A stretch of 64,000 nt of DNA. It comes from Octopus vulgaris. Taxonomy: Eukaryota. Positions 53,009 to 64,000 of the stretch are shown here, piece by piece. The stretch spans positions 83,328,001 through 83,392,000 of the forward strand of contig OX597825.1 in assembly GCA_951406725.2 (NCBI GenBank). Direction: 5' to 3'. A program made the position numbers and the translations under genes. The notes under the pieces were generated by a model. That model worked only from the letters and a program-made list of their open reading frames with translations. It had not been told where the DNA came from and ran no database searches. The stretch's first letter is position 1; each line of letters starts with the position of its first letter.

Positions 53009-53232
53009 CTATATATGTATGTTGTCGTTTGTTGTTTGCGTCAGTTCTTGTCTCACCACCACCACCATAACCATCACCTGACAACCTATGATATAGTGTT
53101 TACGTGCCTGCCACTTAGCGGTTCGGCAAAAAGATCCGATAGAATAAGTATTAGGCTTAAAAAAATAAATCCTGGGGTCGATCTATTCGACCAAATACGC
53201 CGCAGTCAAAATTAAAAGAGCTAAAGAGTAAA
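52650..53232 (+). mobile_element. SINE family B with expanded internal microsatellite
   Basis: Head taggcacaggagtggc; tail region ttagcggttcggcaaaa...ctggggtcgatc. Confidence 0.9.
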
Positions 53233-53258
53233 AACTAATATATATATATATATATATT

Positions 53259-53335
53259 TAATTATAATAAAGGGTTAAATGCAACAAGTTGCTCAAAACC
53301 ACACGCTTGTTGCATTTAACCCCTTATTATAATTA
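53259..53335. repeat. 30-bp inverted repeat (1 mismatch, 17-nt spacer) with 3' extension, between (TA)n tracts
   Basis: taattataataaagggttaaatgcaacaag (53259-53288) / cttgttgcatttaaccccttattataatta (53306-53335). Confidence 0.88.
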
Positions 53336-53428
53336 TTATAACCCTTACCAAATATGGTCTTTTCCATACCGACAAATCTACTAGGTGAAATTGATTAATT
53401 TTATTAAATTAATTATAACCCTTTATTG

Positions 53429-53575
<147 letters not shown>

Positions 53576-53595
53576 TTTTATTAAATTAATTATAT

Positions 53596-53695
53596 TCCAC
53601 GAGGCTCCGGCAGGGGTGGTTGTGATTGCTGTACCTTTCACCACTCTAAGGCGGTGCTAGCATGGCCGCAGTCAAATGACTGAAACAAGTACAAA
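53596..53695 (+). mobile_element. SINE family C fragment fused to a solo family B tail
   Basis: tccacgaggctccggcaggggtgg (C), then aaggcggtgct.agcatggccgcagtcaaatgactgaaacaagta (B). Confidence 0.8.
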
Positions 53696-53861
53696 AAAAA
53701 AAAAATATGTACATACATATGTATGTACATATATATATATGTACATACACATGTATGTATATGATATATGTATATATATATATATGTCTGTGTGCGTGCG
53801 TGTGTGTGTGTGTGTGCGTATACTTTATGCAAACGTACGACTCTGATATATGCGTACCAAA

Positions 53862-54075
53862 AGGCGGTGAACTGGATGCATGGTTAGCAGCCGGGGACAA
53901 TGCTTTGAGTCGTTTCATTTGTCTCCGTGTTCTAAATTCAAATTTTCGTACAGGTCAACTCTGAACTTAATCTTTTCGAAGTCAAATAAAAGAAGTACCA
54001 GCTGAGCACTAAGATCGATGTAATCGACCTCTCCTCTTTCGATGTTGCTGGCCTTGTGCTAAAATTTGAAATTCG
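53862..54075 (+). mobile_element. SINE family A, degenerate
   Basis: aggcggtgaactgg...aagtaccagctgagcact..gatcgatgtaatcgac...tggccttgtgc. Confidence 0.75.
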
Positions 54076-54492
54076 TATAAGCATATCTTGAATACACTGA
54101 AAGACTTTATAACAATGATTTTTGAAATATATGATACTACCAATAGTTTGAGCATTTTAATTCTTGCATCTAATATATTTAAAAGGAACTCAGATATAGA
54201 AATTACGTACAAAACAAAATACATTGCAAAGAATATATCTCTTATGAAATACATTCTAGATATTATATATATACATGTGTGTGTGTTTGTGTGGGATATA
54301 AAAACATTTGGTTTATTCATTTGAGATTTATGCGTAATGGGTAAATTCGATGACAAACAATTCAAACTATTTACAGAAATGCACTTGTATAAAAATTCTT
54401 TACAAATTAAGACATTTGCCATTTCTTTTAACCTTAATGGAAATTTCTTTATTGAAAATGTTTCTCTCGAATTCTATGAGAGAGAAACATAC

Positions 54493-54549
<57 letters not shown>

Positions 54550-54621
54550 TCAACATTGTTGAAACATATATATTCAAGTTTGTTGAAACAGATATATTCA
54601 ACATTGTTGAATCTATATTCA
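54550..54621. repeat. Three copies of a 24-bp minisatellite with a palindromic core
   Basis: tcaacattgttgaaacatatatat / tcaagtttgttgaaacagatatat / tcaacattgttgaatctatat. Confidence 0.9.
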
Positions 54622-54711
54622 TGTAGACACACACATGCAGAGATGTCTTAGGAATCACAATCTATCTTGCACAATTGTATCCTCCAATCTTATATATAGC
54701 TACGGGAAATG

Positions 54712-54948
54712 TGAACTCAGAACGTAGAGGCTGACGAAATACCTATTTCTTTACTACCCCCAAGGGGCTAAATACAGAGAGGTCAAACAAAGACAGACAA
54801 ACGGATTAAGTCGATTATTCCGACCCCAGTCTGAAAGGATGAAAGGCAAAGTGGACCTCGGCGGAATTTGAACTCACAACGAAACGGCAAACTAAATACC
54901 GCTAAGAATTTCGCCGGGCGTGCTATCGGTTCTGCCAGCTTACCGCTA
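54712..54948 (-). mobile_element. SINE family A whose tail reads into the start of a second body unit
   Basis: Minus: ...gggggtagtaaagaaata|ggtatttcgtcagcctctacgttctgagttc. Confidence 0.9.
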
Positions 54949-55099
54949 TCCTTGGTTCTGTCAGCTACCCTTGGTTGTGTGTTGTTTTATATTATAATAT
55001 ATAACCATGTACTCTATATTCTGTACCGTCCACACCGAGTAAATTTGAACTGAGAATGAAGAGTTACTAATTTTAACAATTTAAGGTGTATTGCAAGGT

Positions 55100-55396
55100 T
55101 CACTTATCTAGCGTTCATACAGAACAGCTTGCTCATGAAATTAACGTGTAAGTGGCTGAGCACTCCACAGTCACGTGTACCCCTTAACGTACTTGTTAGG
55201 GATATTCAGCGTGACACAGAGTGTGACACGGCCGGTCCTTTGAAACACTGGTGCTACTCATTTTTGCCAGCCGATTGAACTGGAGCAACGTGAAATAAAG
55301 TGTCTTGCTCAAGGACAAAACGCGTCGTTGGGAATTGAAATATCGATTTACGATCGTGAGATGAATGTCGTAACCACTAAGCCACGTGCCTTCACA
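55100..55396 (-). mobile_element. tRNA-derived SINE family D (CORE-like domain)
   Basis: Minus: gaaggcacgtggcttagtggtt (A box)...ttcaattccc...tgtccttgagcaagacactttatttcacgttgctccag. Confidence 0.8.
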
Positions 55397-55705
55397 TGGA
55401 TAATAAGATACGCCGGACAAAATGCTTAACCGCATTTCTTCCGGCTTTACATTTTGACATTACTTTCTGTGCTTCCAGAAGCGATAAAAGAAAAGAAAAT
55501 TTAAGAACTTGGGTGAATGTAACTAATAGAGTAAACTCCACCCAACACGATTTCACGCTGTCCAGCTCCAGAAGAAATATCTTGTCAGAAAGGTAGAATC
55601 CAATTTTGCTATCTCTGTGTATATAGCAGCAATTAAGAATATAAAATCGCATCTTCTTAAGTGTTCATATAGTGCTCTGTTAAATGATAGTTTTAGCGCA
55701 TAATA

Positions 55706-55749
<44 letters not shown>

Positions 55750-56435
55750 TCGCAACACGGCTCAGACATCTACATTGATTTATATGAACAATAATAATGC
55801 TAAACATTTAACATAAATACAAGATATGCTTCCGACGATATTAAACAATTCGCCGTGTATATTTGTCTCTCGACAAAGATGATAGCAGTGATATGTTTAA
55901 TATTTGAACGTTCTATTGTAGCCAATGATCCCGCGACCAAATAACCGCCTATTATTTCGATAGTTACATCAACATCTGAAATTGTACTTACAATAGAATG
56001 TTCCCCACAACAGCTGTCACTATTCGATGCTGCATTGCAACAGAGTTATTCAAATTTAACTATTATACCGGCTGTTATCAGTGACGATATTGGATAAAGA
56101 AAGTGTCATAGAAATTATTGGCAAGCGCTGTAGGAATCAGGATTTCCAGCTGATATCAGGCTGTGTCTTTTAATCACAGGTCGAATGGTAGTTCACTCAA
56201 ATTATATTGCTATGTAACCACAGATATCGGTGAAAGTTACAACGACATGAAACCCTCAAAACGCAACGCAGATCTATTCAGCTGAATGAAATAATTTTAT
56301 TTTGCAAGTGAAAGGTTTCACAGCATATAAGAGAGGTTTATCTCTTGAACACGTCGAGATATTGACCTGCAAATCTTAAGTTCAGTTCTTGCAGTTGTAA
56401 ACTTACTACACACACTCATAAACTCTTATATGTAT

Positions 56436-56455
56436 ATAGATAAATAGATAGATAA

Positions 56456-56552
<97 letters not shown>

Positions 56553-56570
56553 AAGAAAGATAGATAGATA
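56436..56570. repeat. (GATA)n microsatellite
   Basis: Direct. Confidence 0.98.
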
Positions 56571-57210
56571 TACATAAAATACATGAATATATATGTATAT
56601 ATAAATATGTATAAGTATATGTGTATATATATATATATATTGTTGTATTTCGGGCTTGTTATTTTATTTATATATTTTGCCAAATAAAGACACGCACTCA
56701 ATTATCGTCTTATATATTTATATGTTGTCAGTTAATAAAAAACAATAAGATGTATCGGAAAGAAACAGAGTCTAAAATTATAGCAGAAATTATTACAACA
56801 AAATTTTATCTAGAGTTACCCAAGGTCTCGCACCCAAAAAGGCAAACTGTGTGGACAGCTCGGCAGACTCTATATGAATACAAAATTTTAAAGTATCTAC
56901 GTCGCAGACGTGAGGAAACGCTCAGAACTCGGGGAATTAAAAAAAAAACCTTGACAAGTACAGGTTATTTCCTCTAAATCAGAGGTAAAAGAAAAAAACA
57001 GAGGCAGTCAGAATTTGAGATAATACGTTATTACATAATTGATTATTATTAGCGCTTTCGTTTTTATCGTTATCACTTTAATTTTAATTTTTGTCTTGAA
57101 GAGTTCGTTTAAACGCACGAAAGAAAATAATAAGGAATTATCCAAAATTTTGACTGCCTTCTTTTTTATAGTTTTACAATATCTGTACACATTTCAAACA
57201 CATTTCAAAC

Positions 57211-57300
57211 ATCTTCTCCATATGTTTCGATGGATGCATTCAGAATACGTCCGACAGGAAGGATTATGGTCAGTTATGCATCAATCTCATCAGGAAAGAT
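57211..57300 (-). ncRNA. Hammerhead ribozyme motif with extended stem II (cleavage triplet mutated)
   Basis: Minus: atctttc CTGATGA gat-t-gatgcat...atgcatc-c-atc GAAAC atat GGA gaagat. 10-bp stem II, 6-bp stem I with a bulge; GGA where GUH is expected. Confidence 0.7.
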
Positions 57301-57440
57301 ATAAACAACAAAACTCATCAAATCGACATTTTGCAGATATAGGAAACCCTAGAAAAAGTGACGTACTTATATGCATATGCAAGCACACGTACAGACACGC
57401 TTGAATAAACATATATATATATATACATATGTATATATAT

Positions 57441-57495
57441 GTATGTATTCATGTATATATAGCTATATATATGTATATATATGTAGCTATACCCC

Positions 57496-57534
<39 letters not shown>

Positions 57535-57561
57535 TGCATATATATATATACATATATATAC

Positions 57562-57627
<66 letters not shown>

Positions 57628-57644
57628 ACATATATATATATGCA

Positions 57645-57679
<35 letters not shown>

Positions 57680-57738
57680 TGGGTATAGCTACATATATAT
57701 ACATATATATGTATAGCTATATATACATAAATACATAC
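57441..57738. repeat. ~300 bp imperfect AT-rich palindrome
   Basis: Non-TA landmarks mirrored: gtatgtattcatgtatatatagctat / atagctatatatacataaatacatac; gtagctataccccctaat / attagtgggtatagctac; atcatgcat / atgcatgat. Confidence 0.85.
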
Positions 57739-57764
57739 ATACATACATACATATATACATATAA

Positions 57765-57886
57765 AATTCACTCACAAGTGTGTGGTCGGCCTGCGGTTTT
57801 AGTAGAATACACATGCCGAATGTTCCCGATTCTGGGGCTGAAACCTGAACCATGTGGGTGGGAATCAAGCTTCTTACCACGCAGCC
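57765..57886 (-). mobile_element. SINE family B 5' fragment
   Basis: cactcacaag...tggtcggcc...gaaccatgtgg...cttaccacgcagcc. Confidence 0.75.
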
Positions 57887-58397
57887 GTACATACATACAT
57901 ACATACATACATACATACATACATACACACGTACGTAATACAAATATTAGTGGGTGTGCGTGTATAATTTGTACGCGTGTGTGTTTTTGTGCTTGTTTGT
58001 GTGTTTGTGCATTCGGGTAAGTAAAATTTCAATGATATGCATGATGGCTAATGAAGAAAGAATATGTCATAGAGGTATCGAGGAATTTTTGCATGTATGG
58101 AATCAGTGACGCCATATAAAAGTACATGTCTGTAGAATTCGTCTGAATCGAGAACAAGATGCTGGCGGGGGTGTCGGTGTTTAAAATTTGAAACGATCTT
58201 CTAGGTATACTTGTGTTCAGGAAATCAATAGAAGCCCTTTATGGGTTACTTATATCGAAGTAGCGACAACGTCAGCGAAGCTGACATATGGAAATAGATA
58301 GGAAACATTTATAAGTCTATATCGATGTTAAAAGTTTTGAAATAGTTTTCGCCAACAAAGCATTTCCGGTTTCGATTCTTTATATACACACACAGAG

Positions 58398-58469
<72 letters not shown>

Positions 58470-59292
58470 TTATGTATGTATATATAGATTTACATATTGA
58501 TATATCTACGTATACACACGTGTGAGTTTATATAATCCCATATTACATATATGTCTTAGATAAAACTCGTATGTATATATATATATATATATATACATAC
58601 ATATATATATACGTGTTTGTGTGTGCGGGTAATATTTAATATACATAGAGTGTCGTCATTTGTACGTATAAGTACACATACTTTTATAAACATATATATA
58701 TATATATACCTGCATATATGTGTTTATATATATATGTGTGTGTGTGTGAGTATGTATGTATGTATATCTATATGTATGTATATGTATGGTATATATATGT
58801 GTGTGTGTATGTGTGTGTATGTCTGCATATGATTGCGTGTATATATAAGCAGCGCTGCAATCCATCATTCGCTTCCCTTTTCCCTCTCTCGATGTCCATC
58901 ATTATGCAGACATCTAAAGATGCATCATTAGTCGCTACTCGATAAGAATTGATATATGTTGCGCGCAGAGATTGAAAACTGGCAGCAAAGAGTCGTTATG
59001 GGATGCTAATTGCTATAGATATTGGTGACAAGGATGATATTTACTTTGGTAAGTGCTATTGATTAAGTACAAAAGACATTAGTAAGTTTTCTGACAGAAT
59101 CTAACTCTCTTGACTGGTGCAAACAACCCACAAACTATTCCGATATGGCCTTGGTTCTCTGCAAGTCCATATGTCTTTCTCTATATTTCTTTTTCTCCAT
59201 CTCTTTGTCAATATATCTATGTCTACAACTCCCTCTGTCTATTTAATTATTTATGTATATATGTATTTATCTGTCTATCTACTATCTCTCTC

Positions 59293-59329
<37 letters not shown>

Positions 59330-59464
59330 ATATATATATATATATATGTATATATGCGTGGGTGTCAATATATATAAATGTATATACATATGTTTGTGTG
59401 TATGTATGTATGTGTGTGTCTTATATAAATACATATATATACGTATATACACACACACACATAT

Positions 59465-59876
59465 CTCTTTTACTCTTTTGCTTGTTTCAGTCATTTGACT
59501 GCGGCCATGCTGGAGCACCGCCTTTAGTCGAGCAAGTCGACCCCGGTACTTATTCTTTGTAAGCTCAGTACTTATTCTATCGGTCCCTTTTTTGCCGAAC
59601 CACTAAGTGACGGGGACATAAACACACCAGCATCGGTTGTCAAGCAATGCTAGGGGGACAAACACAGAACACAAACACACACACAAATACATATATATAT
59701 ATGCGTATATACGACAGGCTTCTTTCAGTTTCCGTCTACCAAATCCACTCAGAAAGTATTGGTCGGCCCGGGGCTATAGCAGAAGACACTTGCTCAAGAT
59801 GTCACGCAGTGGGACTGAACCCGGAACAATGTGGTTGGTTGGCAAGCTACTTACCACACAGCCACTCCTGCGCCTA
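59465..59876 (-). mobile_element. SINE family B, full length
   Basis: Highly similar to 26518-26938. Confidence 0.95.
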
Positions 59877-60163
59877 TATATATATAAATATGTACATATA
59901 TGTATTTGCGTGTGTGTGGGTGCAAGAGTATATGTGAGTGTGTGTGTATATATGTAGATGTGTTTGTGCGAATGAGCATATAATGGTTCGGTTCCAGTGC
60001 ATGGCTCGTCGTGTTGCTAGATTCTGTCGCCTCACGTTTTTCCCATGCTATTGTTAAGTTTTAATAATGATGATAATAATTTTTATATCCTCACTTCCCA
60101 GTGTCTTGTACTGCTTGGTGCGGGAGCATGCTCTTGTTGACTAAAGTTTCTATGCTGTATATA

Positions 60164-60320
60164 TACGAAGGTTTCCTGGAAATTTCTTGTCTTTAAGGGT
60201 ACGATGAAGGCCTCTCTGGAGGCAAACCTTGCGAGTTATGTTACAGGGCTTAGAAAAATTGAAGGACCGCTGCAATAATTGTGTGAATCTGAGCGGTGAA
60301 TATGTCGAATTATATCATTA
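60164..60320 (+). mobile_element. Mariner-derived deletion derivative
   Basis: TIR-like tacgaagg....ctg.aaa.tt, then GLEKLKDRCNNCVNLSGEYVE (mariner C-terminal GxYVE). Confidence 0.7.
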
Positions 60321-60859
60321 ATGATTAGTTGGTATCATAGATCTCCCGGATTGGTTATGTTTAATAAAACATAACTGATTTACCTAAAGAGACATCGCAA
60401 ATTGAACGCAAAGCTTCATGTTGGCACTTTATTCCAACTTAGTGTCTATGACAACAGCCGAAGACTACATCATACACGTCATTACAAAAAGACAGATTTA
60501 AGAAGTAGATAGACAGATAAATACATATATACATAAAGAAATAAATAGACAGAGGGAGTTGTAGATATATATATATTGACAAAGAGATGGAAAAAAAGAA
60601 ATATAGAGAAAGACATATGGACTTGCAGAGGGTCACTGCTAGCTCTCACTGTGCACGCGTCCGTGTGCTGTCATCTATTGGCACGCTAAAGATCTTGCCC
60701 GGGAACTTTTGGAAACCACCTCGCAACTCTTCCTCCCCTAATTCCTTTTGTGGAAGCCATGAACGTTTCAGTACCTCTTCATATGCATACCCACAAACAC
60801 ACAGACGCACACACATACACACACATATATGCGTGTGTATTTGTGTTCAAGTACATACA

Positions 60860-61422
60860 TATGTATGTATGTATGTATATGTATGTATATATGTATGTGT
60901 GTGTATGTATGTATGTATGTATTTATGTATGTATGTATGTATGTATGTATGTATGTATGTATGTATGTATGTACGTATGTATTTATGTATGTATGTATGT
61001 ATGTATTTATGTATGTATGTATGTATGTATTTATGTATGTATATACGTATGCGTGTATGTATGTATGTATGTATTTATGTATGTACGTATGTATTTATGT
61101 ATGTATGTATTTATGTATGTATGTATGTATGTATTTATGTAGGTATGTATTTATGTATGTATTTATGTATGTATGTATGTATGTATTTATGTATGTATGT
61201 ATGTATGTATGCGTGTATGTATGTATGTATTTATGTATGTATGTATGTTTGTATGTATGTATTTATGTATGTATGTATGTATGTATGCGTGTATGTATGT
61301 ATTTATGTATGTATGTATGTATGTATGTATGTATGTATGTATGTATGTATGTGTGTATGTATGTATGTATGTATGTATGTATTTATGTATGTATGTATGT
61401 ACGTATGTATGTATGTATGTAC
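60860..61422. repeat. ~560 bp (TATG)n array with TTTA/TACG variants
   Basis: Direct. Confidence 0.98.
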
Positions 61423-63359
61423 GTCAGTACTTAGTTTATTTTAAGATAGAGAGAACAAGAAACAGATGTAAGTTATGTTTGGCTAACAATTTATTTACCT
61501 GGATATTTGTCATTTGAGAATTTGCATTCTCTATCCCTCTCTTTCTTTCTCTTTCTCTCGTCGCTCTGTCTCCTTCTCTCTCTGTCTCTCTTACATGGTT
61601 AACCACTGTGGGATCTAAGCCACTTTGCCAATTAGTCGGTGGTGGTCACCGGGCTGAGGCTGAATCAATAATTATATCTTAATTGTAGTCTTTTAGTTTT
61701 ACGCAATATTATGTAATGTCGAAACCTCTGAAAAAAAATTATTACACTCGACGCCGATGCGTAAAACCGCCATATTGAATTTACGTCATTTGGTAAATAA
61801 TCTTAACAGTTCAACTAAGTATTGGTTAATTTGATTTGATATTAGATTTAATTAAGTTGTTAATCAAGAGAGGATTAGTCATTAGTTTGAATCAACACTT
61901 CATTTGAAAATAAGTATGAAAATCTAATGATATATTTCAGATGTTGTTTAATTTAATTCAGTTTTTACGTGCCATTGTATTGAATTAAATTACGCCACTT
62001 AATACAAGTTGGACATTTCGCTTCTCTTCTTGGTTCATTACTTCCATTATCTCTCCTCATAGTCACATCATTCATTATTGATACTGTATATGACATGGTG
62101 CTTTATTCCATACGTTTGGGGAATATCCATTGGATATTTTTACTAGTCTAATGTACATTAACGATATAATTATTTCCTAGTCTATTCTGATGTAATTCCA
62201 AAATAAATCGTATACTGACAGTCACTGAATGGGTAACAAACAGCAGCAATTACATTCGCAAATACCCTGGACTCTTCTCAATTACATGCAGTGTCTATAT
62301 CATGCTGCAATGGTGCACAGCGACAGACGTATATCTTACCTCTGCTGCTCTCTCGTTAATACAGTAAATTCTGGTATTTTCATTTACAGAACGCTGCATC
62401 CTTTTCTCTCTTCTACTTATCTCTCCCTCTCACTTCTCCCTTTGTCCATTCTATTTCTGCTATAATGACTTCTGTGGAATAGTCTCTTACTTCCACCACA
62501 GAGGCAACCCTAATCCATCTGTCTCTCCATCACTGAACTCGCTTGGTGCTTCTGACCACACTTTCTTTGCGCAAATCATTATAAAAACTCCTTCTCGCCC
62601 AAGCCATCGTACCTCTGGAATCCTCTCACTGCTCTTATCTTTTCTGCAAGAGTGGACTTGAAACGATTTTAATATTAACACCATCAGTTTCCCCGGTCTT
62701 GGAAGACAGGCAAATTCATGTATACTGCCCCTTACTGAAGACTAGTGCTTCAAAACCATTTTCTTTTATCTATGATTACCTTTTATTCCTATTTTGCTCG
62801 GGTGAACACACAAAGCGATTGATGCTTTAAGAAATCCTATTACATTTTTTCATTAAATTGTGCAAAATAGATGCAAAAATATTTGCTCTAATGTAGAAAT
62901 AGAACTAACCTATTTCACATAAATTTTCACAAAACAATATTACAGGGATTCTCATGGTTCATATAGGCCCTGGTTGAAAAACTCTCACGATAGTAAAAAC
63001 AAACAAATCCAAAACATCTGTATACCGCTTCTAAAGAATACTTGACTGGTGTGTTCTTGACCCTCCCGTGTATTATTTGAAGAAAATATTTTATCATTTC
63101 TCATTATGAATGAGCATAATACCTATCAGTTAATATAACCCAAGGTATACTTTGACTAAAAAGAAAAATGTACACCTTTAATTGGTCGAACAACTTTTGT
63201 CATTGTCTAGATGAAACTTGATCAGTTTTCAACAAGGCTTAAATAAGAGCAGCAGCAACATTAAGAGCAGTAACAACAACGACGACAACAGCAACAGCAG
63301 CCGTTCAAGAATTTGGACCTGGAGATCTCCATTTCCAGTGAATGTATATACAATAAAAA

Positions 63360-63594
63360 GGCGGCGAGCTGGCAGAAACGTTAGCTCGCCGGGTGAAATG
63401 CTCAGCAGCATTTCGTCTGTCGCTACGTCCTGAGTTCAAATTCCGCCGAGGTCGACTTTGCCTTTCATCCTTTCGGGGTCGATTAAATAAGTACCAGTTA
63501 CGCACTGGGGTCGATATAATCGACTAAATCTGTTTCTCTGTCCTTGTTCGTCCCCCTTTGTGTTTAGCAGCCCCTTGTGGGTAGCAAAGAAATA
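63360..63594 (+). mobile_element. SINE family A, full length
   Basis: TSD gaatgtatatac (63340-63351 / 63595-63606). Confidence 0.94.
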
Positions 63595-63739
63595 GAATGT
63601 ATATACCTATACATTTATATATATATATATACAACATTGATATATTATAGTCCATATCAGTGAAGAAACTAATTACGTTTGAGTTCACCAGAATTTGAAC
63701 AACCTATTGTTAATACAAACTTTCTCCAATTACATGCAG

Positions 63740-64000
63740 TAGTAACAGAACTGGGGGGAGCAATGTAACAGCGTCTCATTGCGCTCACCATTTTTCTTCG
63801 GTGGTTTCCAACTTCTGGCGAACAACGCCTATGCACTAACCAGGCAACAACCTTCCAAGTCACGGGTCTGTTTGGTTATTCTTGCTGGTCAGTCTTTTAC
63901 GAAGCTACCTCATCCTCATTTCCATTTTAGTACTTTTGACAACACTCAGTCTGTGTTTTAGCATGCCTTCCTCCGCACGGCACTACAGCAACGTGAAAAG
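63740..64000 (-). mobile_element. Possible RTE-like LINE 3' relic
   Basis: Minus translation VLKWK*G*GS..KD*PAR... loosely resembles RTE VLxWxPxxGxRxxGRP; heavily decayed. Confidence 0.35.

Noticed and set aside
54550-54621. Palindromic 24-bp repeats resembling a CRISPR array
   Set aside because: Units are directly tandem with no unique spacers, in eukaryotic context with no cas genes.
59019-59048. Possible 30-nt micro-exon (ctatag|atattggtgacaaggatgatatttactttg|gtaagt)
   Set aside because: Good donor site but no polypyrimidine tract and no neighbouring exons identified; needs RNA-seq.
62050-62700. Possible LINE RT relic on the minus strand (LQHDIDTACN*)
   Set aside because: One weak motif only, with no supporting flanking motifs.

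Overview
Eukaryotic, AT-rich, repeat-dominated DNA with no supportable host protein-coding exon. Almost every ORF in the track is a microsatellite or SINE translation artefact. The SINE repertoire and (TA)n/(AAT)n/(GATA)n density point to an octopus (cephalopod) genome; this is an inference. The window holds about 50 copies or fragments of at least four tRNA-derived SINE families (called A-D here), several with target-site duplications. It also has decayed Dong/R4, RTE and CR1-like LINEs, three mariner and one Tc1 transposase relics, and a 5S rRNA pseudogene. The most interesting layer is a set of short islands, mostly in or next to microsatellites, that carry minimal hammerhead-ribozyme motifs (CUGANGA-stem II-GAAAC-NUH) and/or inverted tail duplications, the hallmark of Penelope-like element ends. 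One (30574-31060) joins a Pol III tRNA-like head, an (AAT)n linker and a hammerhead tail with an inverted tail copy upstream, making it a candidate Penelope-mobilised ribozyme SINE. Coordinates were read by eye; degenerate-element boundaries are approximate (about +/-10-20 bp).
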